From an uncultured Verrucomicrobiae bacterium (GTDB lineage: Bacteria; Verrucomicrobiota; Verrucomicrobiia; Limisphaerales; Palsa-1400): a stretch of DNA of 64,000 bases. Positions 1 through 9,857 of the stretch are shown here, in pieces (positions within the stretch are counted from its first letter, which is position 1; every line of letters starts with the position of its first letter). Made by a program: the position numbers and the translations under genes. The notes beneath the pieces were generated by a model that was not told where the DNA came from, did no database searches, and saw nothing but the letters and a program-made list of their open reading frames with translations. The stretch spans positions 96,001-160,000 of the forward strand of contig CAVPOM010000008.1 of the NCBI GenBank assembly GCA_963707025.1, read 5' to 3'.

Positions 1-2
1 TT

Positions 3-221
3 ATGCCCCTTGGACCAAACCTCATTTCCTATCTGCGGACATTGCAAGAAGGGAACACGCCGAATTCACCTCTGTTCCCACGCTGTTTCCACCTGAGTCC
101 CAAAGCCCTGGTCGCTGAATTCAACCGTTTGCTGGTCGAAGCCAACGTGAACTCAAAAGTTCGACTTCGGTTCTCGTCCCTCCGCTTTGATCTGCGCTGG
201 CGTGACAAGAAATCTCGTTGA
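3..221 (+). pseudogene. C-terminal fragment of a tyrosine-recombinase-like protein (runs in from the window edge, truncated)
   Basis: PLGPNLISYL...SPLFP...FNRLLVEANV...LRFSSLR resembles the segment before the FHSLR box, but His is replaced and a stop precedes the catalytic Tyr region. Confidence 0.45.
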
Positions 222-332
222 GGAATGACCCCCATAGATCACATTCGAACTTCCCCTAATGAAAACCGTTCAGCGCCACTCCATTTTTGTTGAGGACGAT
301 GTTTACAAACTGCTCAAGATCGCGGACGCCGA

Positions 333-615
333 GTGGACGGCATCCGTGTTGACAGGATGGCTCTGGCGATATACGGCGCCCAAGCGATGGGGCGCGCGAA
401 TTTCGCTGCCTTCTATGCCCCGCTCCCGGGGAATTTGACCGTGCGGCAGAATCTCCGTGTCTTCGGCCTGCTTTGCGGGGCCAAGGGTTTGTCGGAGCGC
501 ATCAATGCTCTGATCGGCCAGCTCGATCTGGAAAAGTTTCGGAATGTGAAGTGTGGGGTGCTGTCCTCGGGCGAGTAGATGCGGATTGTTCTGGCGAAGA
601 CCATGCTCAACCCAG
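333..615 (+). pseudogene. ABC transporter ATP-binding protein remnant
   Basis: NLTVRQNLRVFGLL...LDLEKFR...LSSGE followed by an in-frame TAG (576-578), then MRIVLAKTMLNP. No Walker A or Walker B present. Confidence 0.7.
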
Positions 616-633
616 CGGCCAAGAACCGAGCGC

Positions 634-2214
634 TCAGAGCCTGGGCAAGGCTTCCGTTTGGAACTTCTGGTCGAGTTCGACGAACGCGGGATGATGGCCC
701 GGCCAGAATGACGCGCGCTTGGTCGGTTTTGGAAACAGATGCGAATCGAACCGCAGCAACCTGTGCATTTGGTGGAAGGCGAGGCCATCCATCCCGAGGA
801 GATTCTCGATCTCCTGGCCGGTGCGAGAGGTCGTCCCGGCCCGGTCGCTCTTGGCCCGGAAGGCCGCGTGGTTCATGAGGTTGACCACTCCGGCCTGCCA
901 GTCCAACTGCTGGTAGTAGTAGGACCGCATCAGCTCTGGACCAAGATCACACTCCGACTGGCTGAGGTGGTTGGACAGACGCAGGTTTCCGCCCAGCCAG
1001 GAGTGCGTCAGGTGGTTGGCGAGCGGGTAAGCGCGGAAGTTGGGGTCGGCAGAAATGTTTTGGATCAACCGCATGAAATTGGAGTAGTAGGGCTCGACGC
1101 GCTGGAAATAATTGAATCCCCGGATGGCGGCGTGCTGGGTGAAGACGGCGTAAGAGCTTAGATCTCCGGGCCGGTCCAGTTCCATTCGCCAATGGGTCAG
1201 GACGAGGGCGAAGACCAAGGGCTGTAGGGGAGCCGGCAGGGAGAAGGGCAGGCCATCGTGGGTGACCGCCCCCCGGAGCATGCAGGTGGCGTCCTCAAAT
1301 CCCTCGCGATCCAGCCCCAACTCCTGTTTCAACGCCGGGTCCAAGGTGGCGTAAGCGCAAGTTTCGCTGCGACGTGCCACGACCCGTTGGCCACTGGGCA
1401 AGAGCATGGCCCGATCCTCATGGTCTTGCAGAGTGAAGTCCTGCATGGAGTCGGTGGCCGCTCGGAAGGGGTATCCGTAATAGCGATCCCCGTTGCCGAA
1501 GCGGGCCAACACGCGCCAGGGGTCGGGTTCGCAGTCCACGCAGGGGTAGGCAAACCCGCCCGTGGTGGGCAGAATGTCCGCGAAGATGGGGGCCGGCATA
1601 TTGGCCAAGCCGCCCAAATGGGCGTCTGGATAAAGGTAACGCGCCGGGAACAACTGGGCCGGTCCCAGGCCCCGGGCCAGCGAACCGAGGAACAGAAACA
1701 CCTTCTCAAGCTGGATGTGGGGCGCGAGGGCGAACCCAATCTGCGGCAGGGCGAGGACGAGGGTCGTATGGACTCCTTGCAGCACCTTGGGCTTCAATTC
1801 CTGCCAGAGGCTGTGGTGGTACCGCACATGGCGGGCGTTGATCCCAAACCCGGTGGATTGCGAGGGTGATTCAAACCAAGGAAGATCCTGGAGGGTGGCG
1901 GCTTCCGGCGGCAGTGGCGCCAACTGCGGGAGCTGCGGCTCCGAGCAAAACTTCGGTTGGTATTTCCAATCCCGGAGCGAGTCAGGGAAATTGCCGGTGA
2001 CGGAGGTTGTGATGCAGTCGCCGGCGGTCAAGCCAGCGGGCATCTGGAAATCAGTGAGTGCGTGAGCCCGCGCCAGGGGGACCGCGCAGTTCAACACCTT
2101 GCGCCCCCGGCCGCAGCTGCGGATGAAATCCGTGAATGCCTGTTCGGTGTGTTCGGCGCCGGGATTGGCGATGACGTTCCATCGTTCTGCGAAGTTTTCG
2201 GTCTGTTGCGGCAT
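634..2214 (-). CDS. Hypothetical protein (~526 aa), no recognisable family
   Basis: Long uninterrupted ORF with protein-like composition from MPQQTENF (ATG 2214). The upstream extension to 2541 looks non-coding. Confidence 0.6.
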   Translation of the reverse strand: MPQQTENFAERWNVIANPGAEHTEQAFTDFIRSCGRGRKVLNCAVPLARAHALTDFQMPAGLTAGDCITTSVTGNFPDSLRDWKYQPKFCSEPQLPQLAPLPPEAATLQDLPWFESPSQSTGFGINARHVRYHHSLWQELKPKVLQGVHTTLVLALPQIGFALAPHIQLEKVFLFLGSLARGLGPAQLFPARYLYPDAHLGGLANMPAPIFADILPTTGGFAYPCVDCEPDPWRVLARFGNGDRYYGYPFRAATDSMQDFTLQDHEDRAMLLPSGQRVVARRSETCAYATLDPALKQELGLDREGFEDATCMLRGAVTHDGLPFSLPAPLQPLVFALVLTHWRMELDRPGDLSSYAVFTQHAAIRGFNYFQRVEPYYSNFMRLIQNISADPNFRAYPLANHLTHSWLGGNLRLSNHLSQSECDLGPELMRSYYYQQLDWQAGVVNLMNHAAFRAKSDRAGTTSRTGQEIENLLGMDGLAFHQMHRLLRFDSHLFPKPTKRASFWPGHHPAFVELDQKFQTEALPRL

Positions 2215-2746
2215 CGGTTGGTTTGTCGGAGTGGCGCTCGCCAAAGGGTGTGGGCTGAAGAAACGACCAGCGCCCCGACATGTTGAAGTATTTTTGAGCG
2301 TAAGCATTTGACGAGGAACCGGCGCACTCCGTTGAGCACGCCCCCGTCGTCGGCGCCGAGCTGGTCGAAATGTTGCCAGCCAGCCCCGGAAAAAGAGACG
2401 TGTCCTTCGACGAAGAACCATGCTGGACGGCCTTGCACATGGCCGAATTCCTCGGTGGTGTGCCGCGCTATCCGAAATTGCATCCGTGCGGGCTGGACCA
2501 AAGTTCAGCGGCGTCAGAGCCCCCGCCACCGCCGCCGACACCCTTCATCGGAGCGCCACTCCCCCCAGCGCCACCAACGCCGACACAACCAATGCGGCCA
2601 TTGTTGCCGTTCAGTGTCAAGAAATCCGACAATCCCCGCCCTCCTCTGGCCGGGTAATATTACCGCGATTCTCAGTTGAGTGGTTGTGGTTTTGCTGGGC
2701 GAACCTGAAATTTGAAACGCGTCAAGGGGTTGTGCTAATTGGAAGC

Positions 2747-3085
2747 ATGAATAATGAATCAGAAATCAAACGGCTGTCGGACGCTATGGCCTCCATTACC
2801 TCAACGATTACAGAAATCATTAACACAAGGTTGAAATTGGCAACTGAAATGTCCAAGGATGTAGATGGCTGGGCGGGGCGATCACTGGTTCCGAGGGCAA
2901 CTGAGGGATGGGTCGGAAAGATGGAGGTGGCTCGACATTTCAAAATCAGCCGCCGCACTGTTAATAATTGGATGAGCGACGGTTCACTCCCCTACATCCG
3001 AATCGGCAGAAACGTGAGATTCAAATTGAGCGAAGCCGATGAGGCATTGAACCGCCGCTACGGAAGTCAAGGCCAGGAAACGTGA
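2747..3085 (+). CDS. Excisionase-like helix-turn-helix DNA-binding protein
   Basis: WVGKMEVARHFKISRRTVNNWMSDGSLPYIRIGRNVRFKLSE is a typical Xis/HTH_17-type motif. Confidence 0.8.
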   Translation: MNNESEIKRLSDAMASITSTITEIINTRLKLATEMSKDVDGWAGRSLVPRATEGWVGKMEVARHFKISRRTVNNWMSDGSLPYIRIGRNVRFKLSEADEALNRRYGSQGQET

Positions 3086-3215
3086 GATCCGCGTGCTTGG
3101 TTCGCCAAGCCGGAGAACCAAAAATGTTTCCAGGATGACGAAAACGCCGAGCGAACCCGTGACTGGCAGCAGGAGCATCCTGGCTACTGGAAAAACACCG
3201 CTCGCTACCGGCGTC

Positions 3216-3370
3216 GCACCTTACAAGACGGCTGCCATAGAGCAAACTCCTGTGGCCCAGGAAGTTGCAAAAATCGCTCCGCGTTGTCCCTTACAAGACC
3301 CCTGTTCGATTCAAGTCCTTCTTATTGTGGGGGCTTGTCTCCATGTTCGTCGGAAGCACCTTACAAGACG
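3216..3370. repeat. Three direct copies of CCTTACAAGAC at exact 70-bp spacing
   Basis: Copies at 3219-3229, 3289-3299 and 3359-3369. Copies 1 and 3 extend to GCACCTTACAAGACG. Confidence 0.85.
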
Positions 3371-3447
3371 ACATCGCAACCAGCACCGACGTTTGGGAAT
3401 CAAGGGACACGACAATCTGGGCATGGCGCCCGGAATAAACCTTGAGA

Positions 3448-4424
3448 TTACCGCAAGAGGCCGTGAGTTCCAAAATCCGGCGCGGACGGCGCAGGAATGG
3501 CCGGCGCGTTCGGGTCGTTGGCTTCGAGCGTCGCTTTTCCGTCCTTGACGATGAAGTGCAAACTATTCGATTTGAGCGCCCCCAGGGTCCACCAAATTCG
3601 ATAATCGCCGTCGTTGAGATTCCTGAAGAACCCGACCGGATCGGCATAGGCGCCATACTCGCGCGTGATCCCAGGCAACAAATCCTGGATTGCTCCGTTC
3701 CACATTTGTGCCAGAGGCCTTTGTTCTTCCTGGCCATCCTTGGGCCACAGGTGGACGACGCCGCTCATGAAAAGACCAGGCTCATTCTCCTGGCCAATGG
3801 TTCTCTTCCCAGTATTCTTGACACGAAAAGCCAGCGGGTATTCGACCTGTTGCATGTTTGAAAACCGGCCAATCCGGGTATTGTCGCGGATGCCGAGGCT
3901 GATCTCGAATCCCATCACCTGCTCGACTTTCACCGTCGCAGGCCCGGTTTTCAACTCTCCCTGCCAATCCGCGGATCGCATGGGAGCGCCATTCGGTTCG
4001 TCCGGGAAATGAAAGGCCGCGCGCATCGTGTATTTTGCCGGGGCGGTCTGCGGGCTGAGAATTTCGCCGTTCATCACCAAATCCCAAATAACCTTTGGAA
4101 GCTCCGGCACAACCCAACCGCTCTTGATCACAATGTCCTCTCCCGGCCGGATGGCTTGTGCCCGCACATCGTTTGGTGAATTCAGTTCGTCCAGACGCCC
4201 GGGCTTCCAATCCACTTTTCCGCCCTTCTCGTCCTCCACATCCAAAACCTCCTCCCGCTTCGGCCAGTTCCAGGCGGACGAGATTAGCGCCTCCCGATCC
4301 CCGTCGTTGCGAACATCCCTGCCGGCGCCACGGCTGCCAAAACGAGCGCCATGACGCTCTTCCATCCAGTGCGCCATCGCTCCGAGTGAGACCAGACGAG
4401 CAGGTTCGTGATCCATCCTTTCAT
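3448..4424 (-). CDS. Hypothetical, probably secreted protein (frameshift near 4295)
   Basis: 322-aa ORF. An overlapping frame from ATG 4424 gives a signal-peptide-like N-terminus (WKSVMALVLAAVAPAGMFA). Confidence 0.5.
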
Positions 4425-5239
4425 TGACGGTTCATTTGGACGAATGCGGAAGGGCGTTCCCTTCCTTTGGGGACGATGCCAATATTCTTAGTCATTCGTA
4501 CGAATCCCGTCAACCGCAAACGTTTAAGAATCTAAAACGAAGGCCGGAGATCTGACCAGCCGGACGGCTGCCACCGCGGACAGGAAGTCAGCCAGAGTGG
4601 CGACGCGTCCCGAGCATCCGAAAACTCCTTCCGCATTTGAAATCGGCACAATCACCCGCTTCTCAAAGCGGCGCCAACACTGAGAAAACCGATCCATTGT
4701 CAACCGCCAGGATTGCATCCAGTTCGCGCCGCCGCTGACAAGCCTGCGACGCGTGACGGACAAGCTTGATAAACCAACCCTGACGGCAGTCGAATACCTG
4801 TCAAATAGCGGCTTCGTCCGTCGCCTGGTGGCTGGCGGACAGGCGTCAGGCCATCGGCTTGCCCGGGGCGGCAGAGGTCAGACTGGTTTTGGGGGCGCGG
4901 CGAGGGGGGAAGTTTCGGCAATGGCCCTGATGCGCAGCATGCCGGCTGATGGGAGTTGGCGAAGGCTTTTGCGCCCACGGCCGTGGCAGCCTATCTTCGG
5001 CGATTTGAGACGGAGGGAACGTCACGGAATGGAGGCGCGGGCCGGTGGCGCTGGAATGGAGCGGAGTGCTTGAGTTCCGCCAACAGTTCCGTCAAGGGCA
5101 CGCGCGCTTTGCGCCCGCGTGGGCTGCTGCGACAGCCCGCCAGCGACTGGAGATAATGCGGGAGATCACCGCGCCTGTCTCCTTTTGTCCCGCCCCGACA
5201 GGAAAAAGGCGAATTTCATGCCTGTACGGTGCCCTGGAT

Positions 5240-5269
5240 TGTCAGATAAAGTGGGTAGTTTTTCTGACA
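5240..5269. promoter_or_regulatory. Inverted-repeat operator upstream of the AbiEi/DUF6088-like gene
   Basis: TGTCAGATAAA-N8-TTTTTCTGACA (10/11 arm match), 20 bp before ATG 5290. Confidence 0.6.
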
Positions 5270-5289
5270 GGAATCGGAACCATTATTGA

Positions 5290-5460
5290 ATGCAAACCAT
5301 TGATGCCAAGCTGAAAAGCCGTATTTACGGCAGCGGGAGGGGTGCGGTCTTTAGCCCAAATGATTTTTTCGATCTCGGCGGGCGGGATGCCGTGGACAAA
5401 GCGCTGTCGCGTCTGACGGCCAAAAGGACGATCCGTCGGTTGGCGCGGGGGCTTTTGTAA
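5290..5460 (+). pseudogene. Truncated AbiEi/DUF6088-like type IV antitoxin (N-terminal wHTH only, 56 aa)
   Basis: MQTIDAKLKSRIYGSGRGAVFSPNDFFDLGGRDAVDKALSRLTAKRTIRRLARGLL*. Too short to appear on the ORF track. Confidence 0.75.
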
Positions 5461-5574
5461 AATCGGCACCAGGCCCAGGCTCTCACCCTCTGCCAACTCG
5501 CAAAGCCGCCGGGCGCTCATTTCCGAACGGAGGAACTTTTCAAATTTATCCATAAAGCCCGCCTATGCTGTACA

Positions 5575-5787
5575 CTAGACTTTTGATACCCCCTCTGACA
5601 TGGCGTCCTCAGCAAGCTCTGCGACCTCCTGCCAGAGCCCGGATTCCAGTGCTTCCACCGGTGTCATTCCGTCCATGTGGCATGGGGTGACCAGCCATTC
5701 TATAAATTGCTCGCTCCCCAGCCGGTTGCGCAGGGCCGTGATGGTGTTGAACTGAACCGCTCTTAACAGTCGTTCGCTTGTACTCAT
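5575..5787 (-). CDS. Small protein resembling the MbcA/ParS/Xre antitoxin C-terminal domain
   Basis: EWLVTPCHMDGMTPVEALESGLWQEVAEL matches the WL.tP...l.G.tP.e.l pattern. Start uncertain. Confidence 0.5.
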   Translation of the reverse strand: MSTSERLLRAVQFNTITALRNRLGSEQFIEWLVTPCHMDGMTPVEALESGLWQEVAELAEDAMSEGVSKV

Positions 5788-6055
5788 GCAGGTTAGTTTG
5801 GCATCGTTCATATAAGCCAAACCAAGAACTTCATCATGAGAGAAATTACTGCTTCCGATGTAGCTGCGTCCTGCACACAGGCCGTAACCCATCACGTCAC
5901 CCAGCAGGCTGCCAGAGGTTCCCTCCTGTGCGTTTCGACTACGGGACGCGAGGCTGGCTCCTCGGAGTCGGCTTCAGCATTTACCCGATCACGGTTGCAC
6001 GGTGGATTTTATAGTTGAATTAGAAGCTGATCTTGCACATTGGAAAGGGAATCAC

Positions 6056-7046
6056 ATGAACCAAAGAAGACTTGGATCACAGGGATTGACGGTTTCAGCG
6101 CTCGGACTCGGGTGCATGGGGATGTCGGAGTTCTACGGCGCGCGCGATGACCAGGAATCCATCGCCACGATCCACCGCGCGGTCGCTCTCGGGGTGACTT
6201 TGCTCGACACGGCGGACATGTACGGCTGCGGCGAAAACGAGCGGCTGGTCGGACGCGCCATCAAAGGCCACCGACGCGAGGTGATCCTGGCCACGAAATT
6301 CGGAAACGTGCGCGACGAGCGGGGCAATTTTCTGGGCGTCAATGGCGCGCCCGAATATGTCCGCCAGTGCTGCGATGCCAGCCTGCGGCGGCTGGGCGTG
6401 GATGAAATTGACCTTTACTACCAGCACCGGGTGGACCCGAAGGTGCCGATTGAGGAAACCGTCGGAGCGATGAGCGAATTGGTTCGCGCCGGAAAGGTGC
6501 ATTACCTGGGATTGTCCGAAGCGGCGCCCGCGACGATCCGGCAGCGCGATGAAAGCGCATCACATCAGCGCGTTGCAGACGGAGTATTCCCTGTGGACGC
6601 GCGATGTGGAGGCGGAAATTCTGCCGGTCTGCCGGGAACTGGGGATCGGCTTCGTGGCCTACAGCCCGTTGGGTCGCGGGCTTTCTCACGGCGAAATTCA
6701 AGAAAGCCGACGACCTGCCGCCGGGGGATTGGCGCCGGAACTCGCCGCGCTTCCAAGGGAGAGAACTTCGAGCGCAATCTGAGAATTGGTTGAGCGGATC
6801 GAAGCGCTGGCGAGGCGGAAGAAATGCACGGCAGCGCAACTGGCTTTGGGCTGGGTGCTGGCCCAAGGCGACGACATCGTTCCAATTCCCGGCACCAAGC
6901 GACGGAACTATCTGGAAGAAAACGTGGCGGCGCTGAACATCGAACTGACACCGGCGGATCTGGAAGAAATCTCGGCAGCGGCGCCTCCCGGAGCCGCCGC
7001 CGGCATGCGTTACCCGGAAGCCGGCATGCAGAGCGTCAACCGCTGA
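6056..7046 (+). CDS. Aldo/keto reductase (about three frameshifts between 6545 and 6765)
   Basis: [36 protein letters not shown], then [16 protein letters not shown] and PIPGTK in successive frames. Confidence 0.92.
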
Positions 7047-7096
7047 CCGTGAGATTCTGCTAAGTCGGGTCAAACCCGAGGAACGCGACAACCCGC

Positions 7097-7996
7097 TCAT
7101 TCAGCGTTATAAGGTATTAAAGACGGTCCTGTTTGTTCGTGCGACTTAAAGCGGACCAGGGCGCGAGCCATTGAACTCGTGGCGTAGCAATAGGCGCAGT
7201 TAAACAGGCACGAGTCATACATGCCGATATCTCTGCTGACAACGCAACCGCACGCAATCCGCTGCGCCGGGTCTTTCTGGTGATTCACATTGATGTTGAA
7301 AACCTTCAAAATCAAATCATCGTCCACGCACTTGCCAGGTTTGACTCCATAGCGGCTCAAATCAATCTGCTCGGCGCAACTCGTAATCTCCATGTTGTTC
7401 CGTTTGGCCGCGTTCACCATTTCAACCATGGTGCGCCCCAATTCGGCTTCGTTGCATTCGATAGGCACTATTCCCTGGCGGCTCAGAGCCTCCACCAGCG
7501 TCTTGATCTTATTATAAATATCCACAATGCTGGTCACCGACCTATGGGTGAAACCGCGAAGCGCGTCCGCAATGGAAGAATAGGAGTCAACGTGAAAACT
7601 TGGTTGGGTGACCGTCGTGAAGAAAATCGGATCGTACCGCCAAATAACGCGGCCGGGACCAATTCGCTCGGCCAGCTTTTTGAAAGTGGAAAGGGCGTCG
7701 GCAACACCCGGCACCTTCGGGTCGATCTCCCTGGGGTTGTTTAGGACTGTGTATTGAAAGTAATAGCGCAATCCCCGGCTGTCTAATTCGTCCAAATGCT
7801 GCATGAGCGGCTTGGGATTGCGAGTCCAAAATACAATTGCGGCTACATCGTCTGGTTTTAGGGAAACGCGACAAACCTGCTTTGGATTCACGGGATTGGG
7901 GACCTCGCAGTAACCGGCACGGACACGATTGATCAACCACTCCGAATAAAATGCGGCTATATCGGTACGACGACTGGCACTGATTATAGTCTGCAT
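7097..7996 (-). CDS. DUF1848 family protein (radical-SAM-like)
   Basis: IISASRRTDI..FY.EW, VFWTRNP, WRYDPI and C-terminal CGC..SRDIG.YDSC...C.YCYA. Confidence 0.88.
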   Translation of the reverse strand: MQTIISASRRTDIAAFYSEWLINRVRAGYCEVPNPVNPKQVCRVSLKPDDVAAIVFWTRNPKPLMQHLDELDSRGLRYYFQYTVLNNPREIDPKVPGVADALSTFKKLAERIGPGRVIWRYDPIFFTTVTQPSFHVDSYSSIADALRGFTHRSVTSIVDIYNKIKTLVEALSRQGIVPIECNEAELGRTMVEMVNAAKRNNMEITSCAEQIDLSRYGVKPGKCVDDDLILKVFNINVNHQKDPAQRIACGCVVSRDIGMYDSCLFNCAYCYATSSMARALVRFKSHEQTGPSLIPYNAE

Positions 7997-8106
7997 AAAG
8001 CGTTCGCTTCAGGGATGCCGCATTTAAATGCCTGGCGTCCTAACGCGCTTTTCAATAATACTCAAGTCGTTTTAGACGCATCTTTTCACGCCAAAGCTTG
8101 ATTTGT

Positions 8107-8352
8107 TCACCCCTGTTGCCCAAGATACCACTGGTCCGATTCGAGGTCGTGTTTGAGCAGGTACTCGCGCTCGTTCACGGCGCGCACTTTGAAATAGTCA
8201 GCGCGGGGCCACTCGGGTTTGCTCTCGACCTGGTACCAGCGGTCGAGCACTTCGCCCACTTCGATGGTCCGTCCTTGCCGGATGAACCGGCGGGGCGTCT
8301 CGCCGACTTTGGCCCCGGCGTAGCATTCGACTTGAATCGGGGTGAGTTTCAT
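8107..8352 (-). CDS. Small conserved hypothetical protein (DUF6504-like)
   Basis: VECYAG....ETPRRF......EV.EVLDRWY...DYFKV...YLL....DQW; its start overlaps the upstream gene's stop. Confidence 0.65.
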   Translation of the reverse strand: MKLTPIQVECYAGAKVGETPRRFIRQGRTIEVGEVLDRWYQVESKPEWPRADYFKVRAVNEREYLLKHDLESDQWYLGQQG

Positions 8353-9095
8353 GAACCATCCCCTGGGACACTCTTATCCGGACCAAGCTCCACCATGTGT
8401 GCGGCCGGCACCTGGCCGGCGATAATTTGACGAGACAGGTTAAACCAGCGTTGGCAGCGGTCCGGAATCGCGTGGTCCGAACTGGATACAACCTGGTCTG
8501 TGACAGAAAGAACCCGGTCGGGATTCATCACCAGTTCAACCTCCCAAGGCCAGCCTGTCCCATCGGCCACCTCCTGGATAATTCCTTTGAGGCGGCCGCT
8601 GTTGTCAACGGGGCTGTCCAGCAACCAGCGGCACTTGCTGACCGCCAATTGAGCAGCCATTTGGCCAATCGCGTGGAGTGCCGGGAGGGTCTCCTCCACC
8701 TTGTGGTAATGGGAATAAACCCCGGCCACGTCCCGGCAGCAATCGTCCCTGCCGATGAGGATCACTCCGCCGCCCAGGGCCGTCTCGACTGCCGTCAATA
8801 CGTTAAAACCGTCCAGCCAAAGCTCCTGGCCGCGCAACTGGGCCAGCTCGATGCAATGGGCCTGACGCCGCTCCTTGGCGGCCTTGGAACAGGCGCACCG
8901 GGCGATGGCGATGCGCTGCCAGCGGGCCAGGTGATGGCGATCCCCCACCAGTTCCGTAGCGCAGCCGATGCCATAACCATGGTCCAACAACCAGCACAAA
9001 TCACTGGTTGCCTGGCGCAAGGCGGCTAGGCGACCGGCGCCGAACAAACGCGCATCTTCGGGGTCTGCGCCCCTGTGCCGGTGGAGTTTTCGCAC
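8349..9095 (-). CDS. DUF434 domain protein
   Basis: RGADPEDARLF, LVGDRH.L, LDGFNVL.AVE.ALGGG, LDSPV.NSG.L. Confidence 0.85.
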   Translation of the reverse strand: MRKLHRHRGADPEDARLFGAGRLAALRQATSDLCWLLDHGYGIGCATELVGDRHHLARWQRIAIARCACSKAAKERRQAHCIELAQLRGQELWLDGFNVLTAVETALGGGVILIGRDDCCRDVAGVYSHYHKVEETLPALHAIGQMAAQLAVSKCRWLLDSPVDNSGRLKGIIQEVADGTGWPWEVELVMNPDRVLSVTDQVVSSSDHAIPDRCQRWFNLSRQIIAGQVPAAHMVELGPDKSVPGDGS

Positions 9096-9469
9096 GGTTT
9101 CGTACTCCTTTCAGAAACTGTTCCGCCTTCTTCCGTGTGGCCGGCGGCGAATTCTTGATCTGCTTTCGCACGAACCGAAGCGCCGGAGCCGGATTCTGGA
9201 GCAACTCAAAAAAGTCTCTGTGCCAAATCCGTCCATGACTTTTTCCAACAGCCGAGGGTTCTTGATCACCCTGCGGGCGAGTGGCTGCGGGTTTGAAGCC
9301 GCCTGGCGAACAGGTGCAAGCGAAGCGATCATGGCGCAAGGTTACTCCGCGCCGTGCGGAGGGTCAAATGCGCGCAACTCCGGGTCCAGCCCGCCGCGGC
9401 GCAGCACGCGGCCGGTTGCGTTTTCACGATGGGCTTGAGTGAAGAGTTCCCTGATGGTAGATGTTGATT

Positions 9470-9817
9470 ATGCCATTGCTAAAACTCGAAACCACCGTTG
9501 TCCTCTCCGAGGAAAAGCGGCAAGCCCTGCTGGCCTCTCTGTCCAAAACCGTCGCCGAATCCATTGGCAAACCGCAACAATACGTCATGGTGGCCGCGAG
9601 CCAGGCCGCCATGCAGATGTCCGGCAATCTGGGTGACGCGGCCTTTGTGGATGTCCGGAGCATTGGCGGGTTGACCGGCGACGTGAACCGGAAGCTCTCG
9701 CAGAAGGTCTGCCAGTTGCTGCACGATTCTCTCGGAATCCCGCCAAACCGCATTTACCTCAACTTCACCGAGGTCAAAGCGAGCCACTGGGGTTGGAACG
9801 GGAGCACGTTTGGGTGA
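9470..9817 (+). CDS. MIF/phenylpyruvate tautomerase family protein
   Basis: N-terminal Pro (MPLLKLET), GKPQQYVMV, VRSIG, RIYLNF, WGWNGSTF. Confidence 0.9.
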   Translation: MPLLKLETTVVLSEEKRQALLASLSKTVAESIGKPQQYVMVAASQAAMQMSGNLGDAAFVDVRSIGGLTGDVNRKLSQKVCQLLHDSLGIPPNRIYLNFTEVKASHWGWNGSTFG

Positions 9818-9857
9818 TGGCGATGGACCTGCCCGAGGCCAAAGGAACTTACGTGCC

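Noticed and set aside
3216..3370. CRISPR array
   Set aside because: Repeats are only 11-15 bp, spacers are 59 bp, and there are no cas genes; kept as an unexplained repeat.
9001..9339. Short overlapping minus-strand ORFs upstream of DUF434
   Set aside because: May be a broken gene remnant, but there is no recognisable motif or consistent frame.
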